Positions 24,755-35,971 of a DNA stretch of 64,000 nucleotides are shown here, piece after piece. The translations under genes were made by a program, and so were the position numbers. Position 1 is the stretch's first letter; every line of letters starts with the position of its first letter. The notes under the pieces were generated by a model. It was not told where the DNA came from. It saw nothing but the letters and a program-made list of their open reading frames with translations, and ran no database searches. This DNA comes from Somniosus microcephalus. Lineage: Eukaryota. The stretch lies in assembly GCA_052327205.1 (NCBI GenBank), contig CM126225.1, positions 11,532,001 to 11,596,000 of the forward strand. Direction: 5' to 3'.

Positions 24755-26032
24755 AGAAACATAGAAGATAGGAGCAGGAGTAGGCCATTCGGCCCCTCGA
24801 GCCTGCTCCACCATTTAATGAGATCATGGCTGATCATCCAAATTCAGTACCCTGTCCCTGCCTTCTCCCCATATCCTTTGATCCCTTTAGCTTTAAGAAA
24901 TATATCTAACTCCTTCTTGAATATATTTAATGAATTGGCCTCAACTGCCTTTTGTGGTAGAGAATTCCACAGGTTCACCACTCCCTGGGTGAAGAAATTC
25001 CTCCTCATCTGTCCTAAATGGCTTACCCCTTATCTTTAGACTGACCCCTGGTTCTGGACTCCCCCGCCATCGGGAATATTATTCCTGCATCTAGTCTGTC
25101 TAGTCCTGTTAGAATTTTATAAGTTTCAATGAGATCCCCTCTCATTCTTCTAAACTCCAGCGAATATAAGCCCAATCGACCCAATCTCTCCTCATACGTC
25201 ATTCCTGCCATCCCAGATATCAGTCTGGTGAATCTTCGCTGCACTCCCTCCATGGCAAGAACATCCTTCCTCAGATAAGGCGAGCAAAACTGCACACAAT
25301 ACTCAAGGTGTGGTCTCACCAAGGCCCTGTACAACTGCAGCAAGACATCCTTGCTCCTGTACTCGAATCCTCTCGCTATGAAGGCCAACATACCATTTGC
25401 CTTCTTAACCGCCTGCTGCACCTGCATGCTTATCTTCAGCGACTGGTGCACAAGGACACCCAGGTCTCGTTGCACTTCCCCTTCTCCCAATCTATTGCCG
25501 TTCAGATAATAATCTGCCTTCCTGTTTTTGCCACCGAAGTGGATAACCTTGAATTTATCCACATTATACTGCATCTGCCATGCATCTGCCCAATCACTCA
25601 ACCTGTCCAAATCATACTGGAGTTTCTCGGCATCCTCCTCACAGCACACATGCCCACCCAGCTTTGTATCATCTGCAAACTTGGAGTTATTACATCTAGT
25701 TCCCTCGTCTAGATCATTAATATATATTGTGAAAAGCTGGGGTCCTAGCACCGATCCCTGCGGTACCCCACTAGTCACTGCCTGCCACTCGGAAAAAGAC
25801 CCGTTTATTCCAACTCTGTGCTTTCTGTCTGCCAACCAGTTCTCTATCCAAGTCAATACCTTGCCTCCAATCCCATGTGCTTTAACTTTACACGCTAATC
25901 TCTTATGCGGGACCTTATCGAAAGCCTTCTGAAAGTCCAAATACACCACATCCACTGGTTCTCCCTTATCTATTCTACCAGTTACATCCTCAAAAAATTC
26001 CAGTAGATTAGTCAAGCATGATTTACCTTTTG
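24755..26032 (-). mobile_element. CR1 (HER1-like) LINE, 5'-truncated, RT domain
   Basis: 330-aa ORF with YLDFQKAFDKVPH, SGVPQGSVLGP and KFADDTKL. Confidence 0.95.
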
Positions 26033-26277
26033 TTCATGACATACCAACTGAGGCACAGGCAGAGAGAGAGATCAAAGGTCTCAAAGGCCTTGCCCAACGT
26101 CAGGGATGTAACTATGAATAAGGCTTTGCCTAATGCTGTGGTTATAAACTGAGAGCACACGAAAAATTTCAAAGCAAGAGATCGAAATGTTTCCACTAGT
26201 GAATAAAGGTGAGGGGTTTAATATTGTAAATGATACCATTTTGCCTGAAGTGAGGTATCACAGTCGGTTGAGTCATA

Positions 26278-27005
26278 GGCCATGACATTCCTCGAACCGC
26301 TCGACTGCCATAACTTTGGCGGAAACCCCCATTTGCTGGCGTAAACTTCTGGTGAAGTTACGGCGACGAAGCGGGAGGAGCCCTGAGGACATTCCCGGAC
26401 CTAGACTCAACCAAAACCAGATGTTCTTGGGTCCAAACCCTAGTAGAGTTCATTCAAGCTTCTACCTGTCAAAGGTGGATATCGGGGTTGAAACGGGTCC
26501 TTCTTGCTCCTGTTTGCCAGGTGGAAAACGGGGAAAAAGGGAGCAATGTGCTGCGCCCGATTAGCGCACGTGTTACAGGTGCCGTTGTATTGGTGCACGC
26601 GGCTTTACAGGCGTTCCATGTGGGCGCCTAAAACAGCTGCTAAGCCGTATGTAAATGTGGGGCCTAACGTCTGTTCTCGGCCTCCATGCCGTAATTTGTT
26701 GGCGATCAGCGGAATAGGTCCTGGGCCTACTCAGCTTAGGATTCTTCAGTGGTCCATGCAACCAGGAACGGAATGTAAGCCGTTTATTCTTTTTAAATCC
26801 ATCAGTAATCGTTACTGTGGAGCCAGGAGGAGCAGGAGCACTCCCGCAACTCCATGGTACTACCCAAATGGGCGAGCTGCCTGTGGCACCAGCAACTTGC
26901 CTAAATTATTGAAATGAGGGCCGAAATTGGGCCTTGGGCCTCTCAGCTGGAGGATGCACTGCCAGCACAGCGCCAATTCTGGGCCCTAAAACAAACTTCT
27001 ATCCC
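26278..27005. mobile_element. Degraded GC-rich non-autonomous DNA transposon (Harbinger-like)
   Basis: GC/CpG-rich block with imperfect TIR-like ends; resembles the other MITEs but no clean TSD. Confidence 0.4.
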
Positions 27006-27469
27006 ATCGTGTGTGAGGACACCTCCCGGGCTGAGCAGTGTTTACTTTGTATTGATCATTCTCAAGATGTGAGCTTTTATTGCCCATCCTTAGTTATCTT
27101 GAGAAGATGGTGGTGAGCCTCCTTTTTGAAGCACTGCAATTGTGTAGCAGTTTGATACAACTGCGTGGCTTGCCAAGACACTTCAGAGGGAAGTTACGAG
27201 TCAACTACATTGGGTAAGGAACGCAGGTTTCCTTCCCTAAAGGGCATGGTCACTTTTGCTGATTTTTACTCAGCTTTTTATTTCAAGATTTTTTAAAAAA
27301 TTGAATTTAAATTCTCAAACTACCATGGTGCTGTTTGAACTCAGTCTCCTGATTATTAGTTTAAACCTGCTGTATTATTGCAGCATCTCCTGACGGTCAG
27401 TACTGCTCCCAACAGGCATTTTATGCTTAATGGAGACTAACCTCCATGGGTAATCCCTCTCTCATCAGT

Positions 27470-28232
27470 ATCAGCCATGGCCCAGTGGGTAGCACTCTTG
27501 CCTCTCACATCAGAAGGTTGTGGGTTCATAGTCCCACTCCTGACACTTGAACGCAAAAAATCTAGGCTGCTGCTCGGATGAGACGTTAAACCGAGGCCCC
27601 GTCTGCTCTCTCAAGTGGACATAAAAGACCCCGTGGCCACTGCTTCAAAGAAGAGGAGGCATAGTGGTTAGCACTGTTGCCTCACAGCGCCAGGGACCCG
27701 GGTTCGAATCCGGCCTCGGGTGACTGTCTGTGTGGAGTTTGCACATTCTCCCCGTGTTTGCGTGGGTTTCCTCCGGGTGCTCCGGTTTCCTCCCACAGTC
27801 CAAAGATGTGCGGGTTAGGTTGATTGGCTATGATAAATTGACCCTTAGTGTTGGGGGGATTAAATACGTGGGGATAGGGTGGGATATGTGTTGGTGTAGG
27901 GGTTACGGGGATCGGGTGGGATATGTGTCGGTGCAGGCTCGATGGGCCGAAATGGCCTCTATCTGCACTGTGGGGTTTCTGTGATTCTGTGAAGAGCAGG
28001 GGAGTTATCCCTGGTGTCCTGGCCAATATTTATTCCTCAATCCACTAAAAAAAACGATTATCTGGTTATTATCACATTGCTGTTCGTGAAAGCTTGCTGT
28101 GCGCAAATTGGCTGCCGCAATTCCTACATCACAATATTGACTACACTTCAAAAAGAAGTTCATTGGCTGTAAAGCGCTTTGGGACGTCCGGTGGTTGTGA
28201 AAGGCGTTATATAAATGAAAGTCTTTTCTTTC
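27470..28232 (+). mobile_element. DeuSINE interrupted by an HE1 SINE
   Basis: Head at 27475-27650; body resumes at 27991; GAAGAG is duplicated around the insert. Confidence 0.85.
27656..27990 (+). mobile_element. HE1-type V-SINE (tRNA-derived, CR1/HER1 tail)
   Basis: Head GTGGTTAGCAC...GGTTCGAATCC; V-domain TGTGTGGAGTTTGCACATTCTCCCCGTG...CCTCCCACAGTCCAAAGA; CR1-like tail. Confidence 0.88.
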
Positions 28233-28451
28233 ATCCATTTCCTCCGCTGGCTTAATATGGAGCATCCAGTGCCTTTGAGTTTAATCACAGGCTATGCGTT
28301 AGTTTTCACTGACAGTGTTGGTCAATTCATTTAGGGGTATATCCGATTCATGTAGAAATTGAGTGTTTTTCCCCGGTGGTCTGATGAGAATGTATCCACA
28401 TTCTATGGGGATTTCGCACATCCATCAAGAGTATCAGACTGTTGACATATC

Positions 28452-29150
28452 AGACATATCCGAGGTATAACAAAGACCGCCTATTTCCACCCCCGTAACA
28501 TCGCCCGTCTCCATGCTTGCCTCAGCTCATCCACTGCTGAAACCCTCATCCCTGCCTTTGTTACCTCTAGACTTGACTGTTTCAACGCACCCCTGGCTGG
28601 CCTCACACATTCTACCCTACATAAACCTGAGGTCACCCAAAACTCGGCTGCCCGTGTTCTAACTCTCACCAAGTCCCGTTCACCCATCACCCCTGTGCTT
28701 GCTGACCTACATTGGCTCCCGGTTAAGCAATGCCTCGATTTCAAAATTCTCATCCTTGTTTTCAAATCCCTTCATGGCCTCGCCCCTTCCTATCTCTGTA
28801 ATCTCCTCCAGCCCCACAACCCCCCCAAGATATCTGCGCTCCTCTAATTCTGCCCTCTTGAGCATTCCTGATTATAATCGCTCAACCTTTGGTGGCCTTG
28901 CCTTCTATTGCCTAGGCCCTAAGCTCTGGAATCCTCTCCCTAAACCTCTCCGCCTCTCTACCTCTCTCTCCTCCTTTAAGATACTCCTTAAAACCTACCC
29001 CTTTGACCAAGCTTTTGGTCACCTGCCCTAATTTCTCCTTATGTGGCTCGGTGTCAAATTTTTTGTCTTGTAATACTCCTGTGAAGCACCTTGGGACGTT
29101 TTACTATGTTAAAGGTGCTATATAAATACAAGTTGTTGTTGTTATTGTTG
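28452..29150 (+). mobile_element. L2 LINE 3' fragment
   Basis: Colinear with 16765-17450. Confidence 0.9.
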
Positions 29151-29658
29151 AATTTGTCTTTGCTAAAACAACCTAAAGTCAAATTGGGAAGACAACCATC
29201 CCATGTATTATGTGGTTTGTATTGGCTACAGATAGATTGGTTGCTAGGAGTATTGTCAGAGAATCATAAGCAATGGAGAGGGTGTAACATCTAACCCATT
29301 TCTGCAACCTAAAACGAAGCTCCAGTACATCCTATGACATTGACCATCTTGAGCAAGTGTGGCTGCATCATCTATAACACATTGGGAGGGGTTGTGGCCC
29401 AAGAGCTGGCAAAAAAGAACAAGCAAGGAGGAAGTCTAGAGAAATTGACGAGAGCACTGTAGGATGCAAGAACAACTAGGAAGAGAGAACCTAGGAACAC
29501 ACCACGCCACAGTGTGAAGCTGATCAAGTAGTGTTTACCCTTGCTCCCTAGCACAGGTAGGCTGGTGTCACCTGCACTAAGGATCATGTGTAGGGTTGCT
29601 GTAATGAAATCTGTTTGTCTTGATTCTGTATTCGTTTTGCACTCATGTATATTACCCT

Positions 29659-30059
29659 GTTCCTGGGACTAGGGACAGGGTCATGGGCAAGGCTTGGAAG
29701 CTAAGCAAGAGCCAGGTCTGGTTAGTACCTGGAAGGAGTGACCATTAGAGAAGACCAGGTGCAGAAAGTCACAGAATGGAGCCCTGAGGAGGGGCGGTTG
29801 GTACGGAAGGGGGCGGCTGGTGAGCAGGCCCGGGCGTTGGGCTGAAGATTGTCAGACAGGAGGAATGGTGGAAATGGAATGGCGGCGCGCACAGATGCAG
29901 CGGCTTTTGCTTCTCCCAGGACGGTGCTATTTACGTTTAATGTTAATGTTATTTGTACTGGACTCATGGGAGCTTGCAAGATCACATTTCGTTGTTCATG
30001 TACTTGTGCATTGTACAATGACAATAAAGTTGAATTATATTATTATTATTATATTATAT
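29659..30059 (+). mobile_element. 5S rRNA-derived SINE (SINE3-type) with Rex/Babar-like tail, inserted in the 5' LTR
   Basis: Absent from the 3' LTR; 11-bp TSD TATATTACCCT. 29693-29770 aligns to the 3' part of 5S rRNA (GGAAGCTAAGCA...CTGGTTAGTAC.TGGA...ACC.GGTGC). Ends GTACAATGACAATAAAGTTGAA(TTA)n. Confidence 0.8.
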
Positions 30060-30324
30060 TATATTACCCTCCCCCACGGTGTATAGTTTCACTTCCTCTT
30101 TCCCGACTAACCTGGAAGGTTCCAGGTCTTGGCTCTTGGCTCCGCCCCTGACTTCTCTTACATAAAGATCCCAGGATCTGTATGACTCATTCCTGTGAAC
30201 CAGTCGGCGTGTTGAGATGTTAGCTCTGATCTTAGTGATTAAAAGCCAACTTGTTTAAGTCTATAACTTCTAGTTTTGTGGTTATTGAAGGCCCATCAAT
30301 TTTTAATCACTAAAGAATACTAGG

Positions 30325-30906
30325 ATGGATCGACTCCTAAAACCAGAGCGTCTGGACTTGGATCCACATTCTGCTGAAGCATCAAATCAATTTGGACACT
30401 GGCTCAAATGTTTCGAACTCTTCGCGGGGGCCTCATCCACTAGCGAGGTAGATAAACTGAGTCTACTGACTACTCGCGTAAGTCATCGGATTTATTCGTT
30501 CATCCGGGACGCCACCTCTTACACGGAGGCCATCACTATCCTGAAGGCCCAATACCAGAGGCCGGTAAACGAAGTGTACGCCAGACATCTGCTGGCTACA
30601 CGCAGGCAGCGACCACAGGAATCAATGGACGATTTCTTACAGGGCCTAAAGGACCTGGTCCGGGACTGTAACTGCAAGGCAGTGATGGCCAACGCGTACT
30701 CTGACGAATTGGTCCGCGATTCCTTCATCACGGGCCTCAAATCGAATTATATCCGGCAGAGACTGCTGGAGAAGGAGGTCCTGGATTTAAAAAAGACAGT
30801 GGCCACTGCGCGATCGCTGGACGTGGCCCAGAGAAACTCTGACTCTTATTCTTCCGGCCATGCGGCCCTCACCGTCTCGTGCGCGCCGAGGGGGCCGCCA
30901 TCTTAG
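30325..30906 (+). CDS. Gypsy gag, N-terminal/capsid part (truncated)
   Basis: ATG 25 nt after the LTR; ARHLLATRRQRPQESMDDFLQGLKDLVRDC...VRDSFITGL is the Gypsy gag major-homology-like region. Confidence 0.85.
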   Translation: MDRLLKPERLDLDPHSAEASNQFGHWLKCFELFAGASSTSEVDKLSLLTTRVSHRIYSFIRDATSYTEAITILKAQYQRPVNEVYARHLLATRRQRPQESMDDFLQGLKDLVRDCNCKAVMANAYSDELVRDSFITGLKSNYIRQRLLEKEVLDLKKTVATARSLDVAQRNSDSYSSGHAALTVSCAPRGPPS

Positions 30907-30964
30907 AATCAGCCATCTTCCCCATCCAGGTCTCAGACCAGCTCTACGCCGCCGGAGTCCCCAC

Positions 30965-32047
30965 ACAGAAGTTCACCCAGGGGTCACCCGACTATACCAT
31001 TTTATAAAGTCCCGCAATCTGCCCCACTCCATCGAGGAGGTCAGGGCAATGACCAGAGCCTGCCGCATCTGTGCGGAATGCAAGCCTCGTTTCTACAGGC
31101 CTGACCGTGCACACCTTATCAAAGCCACACGGCCATTCGAGCGCCTAAGTCTGGACTTCAAGGGACCCCTTCCCTCTGCTGACCGTAACGTATACTTCCT
31201 CAATATCATTGATGAATATTCCCGCTTCCCCTTCGCCATTCCCTGCCCAGACATGACCAGTGCCACGGTCATCAAGTGTCTCTGTAATCTATTCTGCATG
31301 TTTGGCATGCCAAACTACATACACAGCGATAGGGGGACGTCATTCATGAGTGACGAGCTGCACCAGTTCTTGCCCTCGAAGGGGATAGCCACTAGCAGAA
31401 CCACTAGCTACAACCCCCGGGGTAATGGGCAAGTGGAAAGGGAGAATGCTACTGTTTGGAAGGCTGTCACGTTAGCCTTAAAGTCAAAAGGCCTTCCGAC
31501 CTCCCACTGGCAGGAAGTCCTCCCAGACGTGCTCCACTCCATAAGGTCTCTGTTATGTACTGCCACTAACGTTACCCCTCACGAAAAGATGTTCGTTTTC
31601 CCCCGGAAATCCACCTCGGGCATATCTCTACCCGCGTGGCTGATGTCTCCGGGGACAGTACTATTGCGGAAGCACGTGAGAGGCCATAAAACGGACCCCC
31701 TTGTGGAAAAGGTACAGCTCCTCCATGCAAACCCTCAGTACGCCTATATCGAATACTCTGACGCGCGAGAGGACACTGTTTCCATAAAAGACCTCGCTCC
31801 CTCGGGGAGCGGAGAGAACGATGGGAGACTACCCGATGAAGACCTACACTACAAAGAGACAGGATTCCCAGAGGTATCAATACCCAACTTTAACCTGGAG
31901 GACACTGCAGATAACCTGGAAGACACTGCGGAGGCCCGGACAGCGGAGGAACCAGAATCCACTCCCCTAGAGGCACCCCAACCGGCTTTGCGCCGATCCC
32001 TGAGAACTGCAAAACCTCCTGACAGACTCACTTATACCAACTTTTAA
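30965..32047 (+). CDS. Gypsy integrase (pol 3' remnant)
   Basis: HPG...CRIC zinc-finger remnant; catalytic LSLDFKGP, IHSDRG and NGQVERENA (DDE); uninterrupted to the stop just before the PPT. Confidence 0.9.
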   Translation, partial: TEVHPGVTRLYHFIKSRNLPHSIEEVRAMTRACRICAECKPRFYRPDRAHLIKATRPFERLSLDFKGPLPSADRNVYFLNIIDEYSRFPFAIPCPDMTSATVIKCLCNLFCMFGMPNYIHSDRGTSFMSDELHQFLPSKGIATSRTTSYNPRGNGQVERENATVWKAVTLALKSKGLPTSHWQEVLPDVLHSIRSLLCTATNVTPHEKMFVFPRKSTSGISLPAWLMSPGTVLLRKHVRGHKTDPLVEKVQLLHANPQYAYIEYSDAREDTVSIKDLAPSGSGENDGRLPDEDLHYKETGFPEVSIPNFNLEDTADNLEDTAEARTAEEPESTPLEAPQPALRRSLRTAKPPDRLTYTNF

Positions 32048-32827
32048 GAAACATCACCCCGATGGACTAAATCTATAGAAGGGGTGAATGTAATGAAATC
32101 TGTTTGTCTTGATTCTGTATTCATATTGCACTCATGTATACTACCCTCCCCCACGGTGTATAGTTTCACTTCCTCTTTCCCGACTAACCTGGAAGGTTCC
32201 AGGTCTTGGCTCTTGGCTCCGCCCCTGACTTCTCTTACATAAGGATCCCAGGATCTGTATGACTCATTCCTGTGAACCAGTCGGCATGTTGAGATGTTAG
32301 CTCTGATCTTAGTGATTAAAAGCCAACGGCCTAGAAATTCAGTTGCGTTCGCCAGCCGTTAGCGCCTTAGGAGGGGTAGATCTCGAGCGCTAGGCACTTA
32401 GCGCCTGGGCGCAGGACGATCTGCGCCTACGCCCAACTTCAGTAGACATTTAGCGCCGGCGCAAAGTGTTTGCGCGCGCTCAGCTGCGCGCGCAACTTAT
32501 GACGTCATTTCGTCGTGCAACGCCCTTTGTGCGCCCCAAACCGGAACTTCAGTCGCGCCCGCCCAATGTGGGCGTGGCGGTGTTAAGAACTGTGAAGTGG
32601 AACGCAGCAGAGGCCCTGCGGGCCTCGGGGAGCGCTAATTAAAGGGCACTTACACTGAACTATAAAGGCCAGCCATTTTGCTGCAATGACTTTTCTGCAA
32701 CGGATTTCTGGACAGAGACCAAGGAAGAGACCTTACTGATTTGGCCCAACATAGGAGAGGTATTTTTGGCTTCTGGCCAGAGCTTGGAAATTTGCCTCAT
32801 TGTGATTTCATTGTTTGCAAGTATATT

Positions 32828-33973
32828 ATGGGGGCTGCATGGGGTTCCAACCCTCAGTTCCAGCATTATGTGCAAAGGGCTCGCAGACGCTGTGTGAGAG
32901 GGGCAGCCATGCCTAGACACAGAGGGGGCATCAGGCATCAGCAACGTAGGCCTTACCCACTCAGGGAATACCGCCAGCAGGTGTCCTATCTCACCATGAC
33001 TGCCGCGCAGTGTGTTAAGAGGCTGCGCTTCAGAAGGGAGGTGGTTGCAGAGATCTGCCAGCTGCTTCACAGAGATCTGCGTCCACAGCTGATGTGCAGG
33101 ACGTCTCTGTCGGTGGAAGTGAAGGTCACGGTGGCTCTGAACTTTTATGCAAGCGGCTCCTTCCAAGCCGCTGCTGGGGACATAGCTAACATCTCCCAGT
33201 TCGCCGTGCATCGCTGCATCCGGCAGGTCACCGATGCCCTTTTCACAAGGAGACACCAATTCATCTCCTTCCCCATGACCCTAGAGAGGCAGGAGCAGCG
33301 TGCAGTCGGATTTGCGAGGGTCGCCGACTTCCCCATGGTGCAGGGCGCCATTGACTGCACGCATGTGGCTTTGCGGGCACCTATCGACAATGCCGAGAAT
33401 TACCGCAACCGGAAGTGCTACCATTCCCTCAATGTACAGCTGGTGTGTGACCACAGGCAGCGCATCCTAGCTGTCAATGCCCGCTTTCCAGGCAGCAGCC
33501 ACGATGCTTTTATCCTGCGCCAGACTACTGTGGCTGACATGTTCCAGGCACAGCCTCCCCCAAGAGGATGGCTTATCGGGGACAAAGGCTATCCTTTGTG
33601 TACATGGCTCATGACCCCGCTCCGCGTGCCCAGGACCCCTGCTGAGGAGGCATACAACGAAAGCCATCAAGCCACAAGGAACATCATAGAGCAAACGATT
33701 GGCGTCCTCAAGCAACGGTTCCGCTGCCTGGATCGCTCCGGCGGATCTCTGCAGTATTCGCCGGATAGAGTCTCCCAGTTCGTCGTCGTTTGCTGCATGC
33801 TGCACAACCTGGCTATCCGCAGGACTCAGGCACTGCCACCTCACGTTGGACCACCACCTCAGGAGGATGAGCAGGAGGACCATGAGGAGGAGGAGGAGGA
33901 GGAGTACCAGCCCAGGAGGGAGCCACAAGGTCCAAGGGCCGTCCGTCGGCGGCTTATTGAACGACACTTCTAG
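32828..33973 (+). CDS. Harbinger DDE transposase (HARBI1-like nuclease family), 381 aa from the first ATG
   Basis: HTH region (VALNFYASGSFQ...ISQFAVHRCIRQV); GAIDCTH, YRNRKCYHSLNVQLVCD, PGSSHDAFIL, GDKGYP and IEQTIGVLKQRFRCL; AATAAA at 34087. Confidence 0.93.
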   Translation: MGAAWGSNPQFQHYVQRARRRCVRGAAMPRHRGGIRHQQRRPYPLREYRQQVSYLTMTAAQCVKRLRFRREVVAEICQLLHRDLRPQLMCRTSLSVEVKVTVALNFYASGSFQAAAGDIANISQFAVHRCIRQVTDALFTRRHQFISFPMTLERQEQRAVGFARVADFPMVQGAIDCTHVALRAPIDNAENYRNRKCYHSLNVQLVCDHRQRILAVNARFPGSSHDAFILRQTTVADMFQAQPPPRGWLIGDKGYPLCTWLMTPLRVPRTPAEEAYNESHQATRNIIEQTIGVLKQRFRCLDRSGGSLQYSPDRVSQFVVVCCMLHNLAIRRTQALPPHVGPPPQEDEQEDHEEEEEEEYQPRREPQGPRAVRRRLIERHF

Positions 33974-34312
33974 GCCCCCTGTCAGGGAATGGCTTGTGGC
34001 AATGAAGGCACATGAATGCAACCGCTCCGCAAGCCCTCAGCCGGTTAACGCAACAACCACTCGAAACATCACACATGGACAAGCTGAATAAAGAAAAAGC
34101 TTTATTGAACAAACTCAGGGCCCTTCCCACATGAAACCCAAAAACAGACAACACCCCCAAAAAACAGTCAAAAACATATCTCACTCCCACAACCTGGGGA
34201 GGAATAACAAAACTTATCTATCCAAATGGCCTTCATCCTCGGCCTTACCAAAAGAACCCCCCCCATAGACAACACAACCACCCCCATATAAAAAAACATT
34301 TGCCAACACACT

Positions 34313-35649
34313 CTACTTTGTGTGCCGAGAGGGCGAGTCCTTGTCCAGGCTTTTCCGGCCCCTGGCCAACCTGCTGCTCCGCCTCAACCTGGGCCCTGTG
34401 GGTGCTGCAAGGCTGGGGGAAGGCTCCTGAGGGGCACATTGCGTGACGGCAGATGCCCTTGGGGGTCGGCCTAGACGAGCTCTGGCCCTCGAGGGGCCGG
34501 CTGCCGACTGCTGCAGCTGTGGCTGGGCAGCATCAGTCCCTCCAGCAGCTCGTCGCAGCTTCGCTGGGGGAGTGGCAGTGGCGGCTGCAGCAATGGGGGC
34601 AAGCTGGCTGATGCCAGGCGCTCGCTGCTCGCCTGAGACACTGGCACTCGGCCGGGCTGGCACTGCAGCAAGCGCAGCAATCTGGTGAAGGCCAGACCGC
34701 TGTGCTGCTGCAGCGCGGCGGGTGCCCTGGCGATGCCTGCCTGACACAGCGAGTGTGGCAGCAGTGAGTGCCCGTACTGCCCTGGTCTGTGCCCGCATCA
34801 GACCAGCCAGTGACTGCACGGCACCACTGATCAACTGTCCACTCGCTGCCTGTGCTGCCCTGAATTCGTCCCGACTCGCGTCCTGTGCTGCCCTGAATTC
34901 GGCCCGACTCGCGTCCTGTGCTGCCCTCAATTCGGCCCGACTCGCGTCCTGTGATGCCCCGAATTCGGCCCGACTCGCGTCCTGTGATGCCCCGAATTGT
35001 TCGAGACCCCTGGCCTGTGCTGCCGCGAGTTGTTCGAAACCCCTGGCCTGTGAGGCCCCGAAATCGGACACACTATGAGCCAGGGACTCAATGGCCTCAG
35101 GCAACTGTGCCACAACCCCCATGAACTCGGTGTGCCGACGATCCGAGTCCGCGGACATTTGATCAAGGAGGCGCACCTCCTGGGCGAGGACCGTCTCCGG
35201 ACTGGAGGCCGGACTCTCCCTCTGGGGAGAAGGCCGCCGAGCTGCCCGACCCTTCCCGCGTGGCTGCACGCCACTGGGCCCAGCAACTACACTCCCCTGC
35301 AACACTTCCCCCCTCTGGGGAGAAGGCAGCCGAGCTGCCCGACCCTTCCCGTGTGGCTGGACGCCACTGGGCACAGGAGCTACACTCCCCTGCAACACTT
35401 CCCCCCTCTGGGGAGAAGGCAGCCGTGCTGCCCGACCCTTCCCGCGTGGCTGGACGCCACTGGGCACAGGAGCTACACCCCCCTGCAACACTTCCCCCTG
35501 GCTCTCCTCCAGGGAAGACGTGTCCCCTCCATTGCCATCCCCTGGCGCGGATGAGGGTTCCCCCGATGGGCCGCCTTCCTCTTCCTCCTCCTCGTCCTCC
35601 TCTTCCGAGGGATTGACACTCACAGCTTCAGGGACCTCCTCCTCACCAG
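34313..35649 (-). CDS. Harbinger Myb/SANT partner protein, exon 3 (acidic, repeat-rich, basic tail)
   Basis: Acceptor CCTTCCTGCTTTCAG; a phase-1 join to exon 2 is in frame with the 436-aa ORF; minus-strand AATAAA at 34101-34106. Confidence 0.8.
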
Positions 35650-35808
35650 CTGAAAGCAGGAAGGCACAAGAGTAGCTTTAGAGTGAGGACAGGGCATCAG
35701 CGAGGGAGGCATGAGTGGTGGCATTCTGCGCATTGGTCGGACAGTGGCAAAGGATGTAGATCTGAAGCGCAAGGGGAACGAGAGAGGTCCAAAAGGTCAT
35801 GTCCTTAC

Positions 35809-35971
35809 CATTGGGGCCCAGCACAGGGTCGGCATCTCCAATTGCAACGGGGCCAATCACCCGGGCACCCATGAGTCGACCCACGCGCTCCTCCAGGTCA
35901 CTGAGCTGCTGGAACTGGGGACGGCCTCCCCCGGTGACAGTCCGGCTCTTCAGATTCTGGGCCAGCTTGGC
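35809..35971 (-). CDS. Harbinger Myb/SANT partner protein, exon 2
   Basis: CCTTTCTCTTGCAG|AKLAQNLKSRTVTGGG...LSDLEERV...|GTAAG; 163 nt. The TGGG motif is typical downstream of Myb/SANT-like domains. Confidence 0.85.

Noticed and set aside
27660-27725. tRNA gene
   Set aside because: The A/B boxes belong to the HE1 SINE head and continue into the V-domain.
29693-29770. Functional 5S rRNA gene
   Set aside because: The 5' third is missing, there are many substitutions, no T-run terminator follows, and it sits in a TSD-flanked insert.
32741-33973. Domesticated host HARBI1 gene
   Set aside because: It lies between perfect TIRs with a TSD inside a young LTR, so it is a transposon copy. The track's TTG start was replaced by the ATG at 32828.
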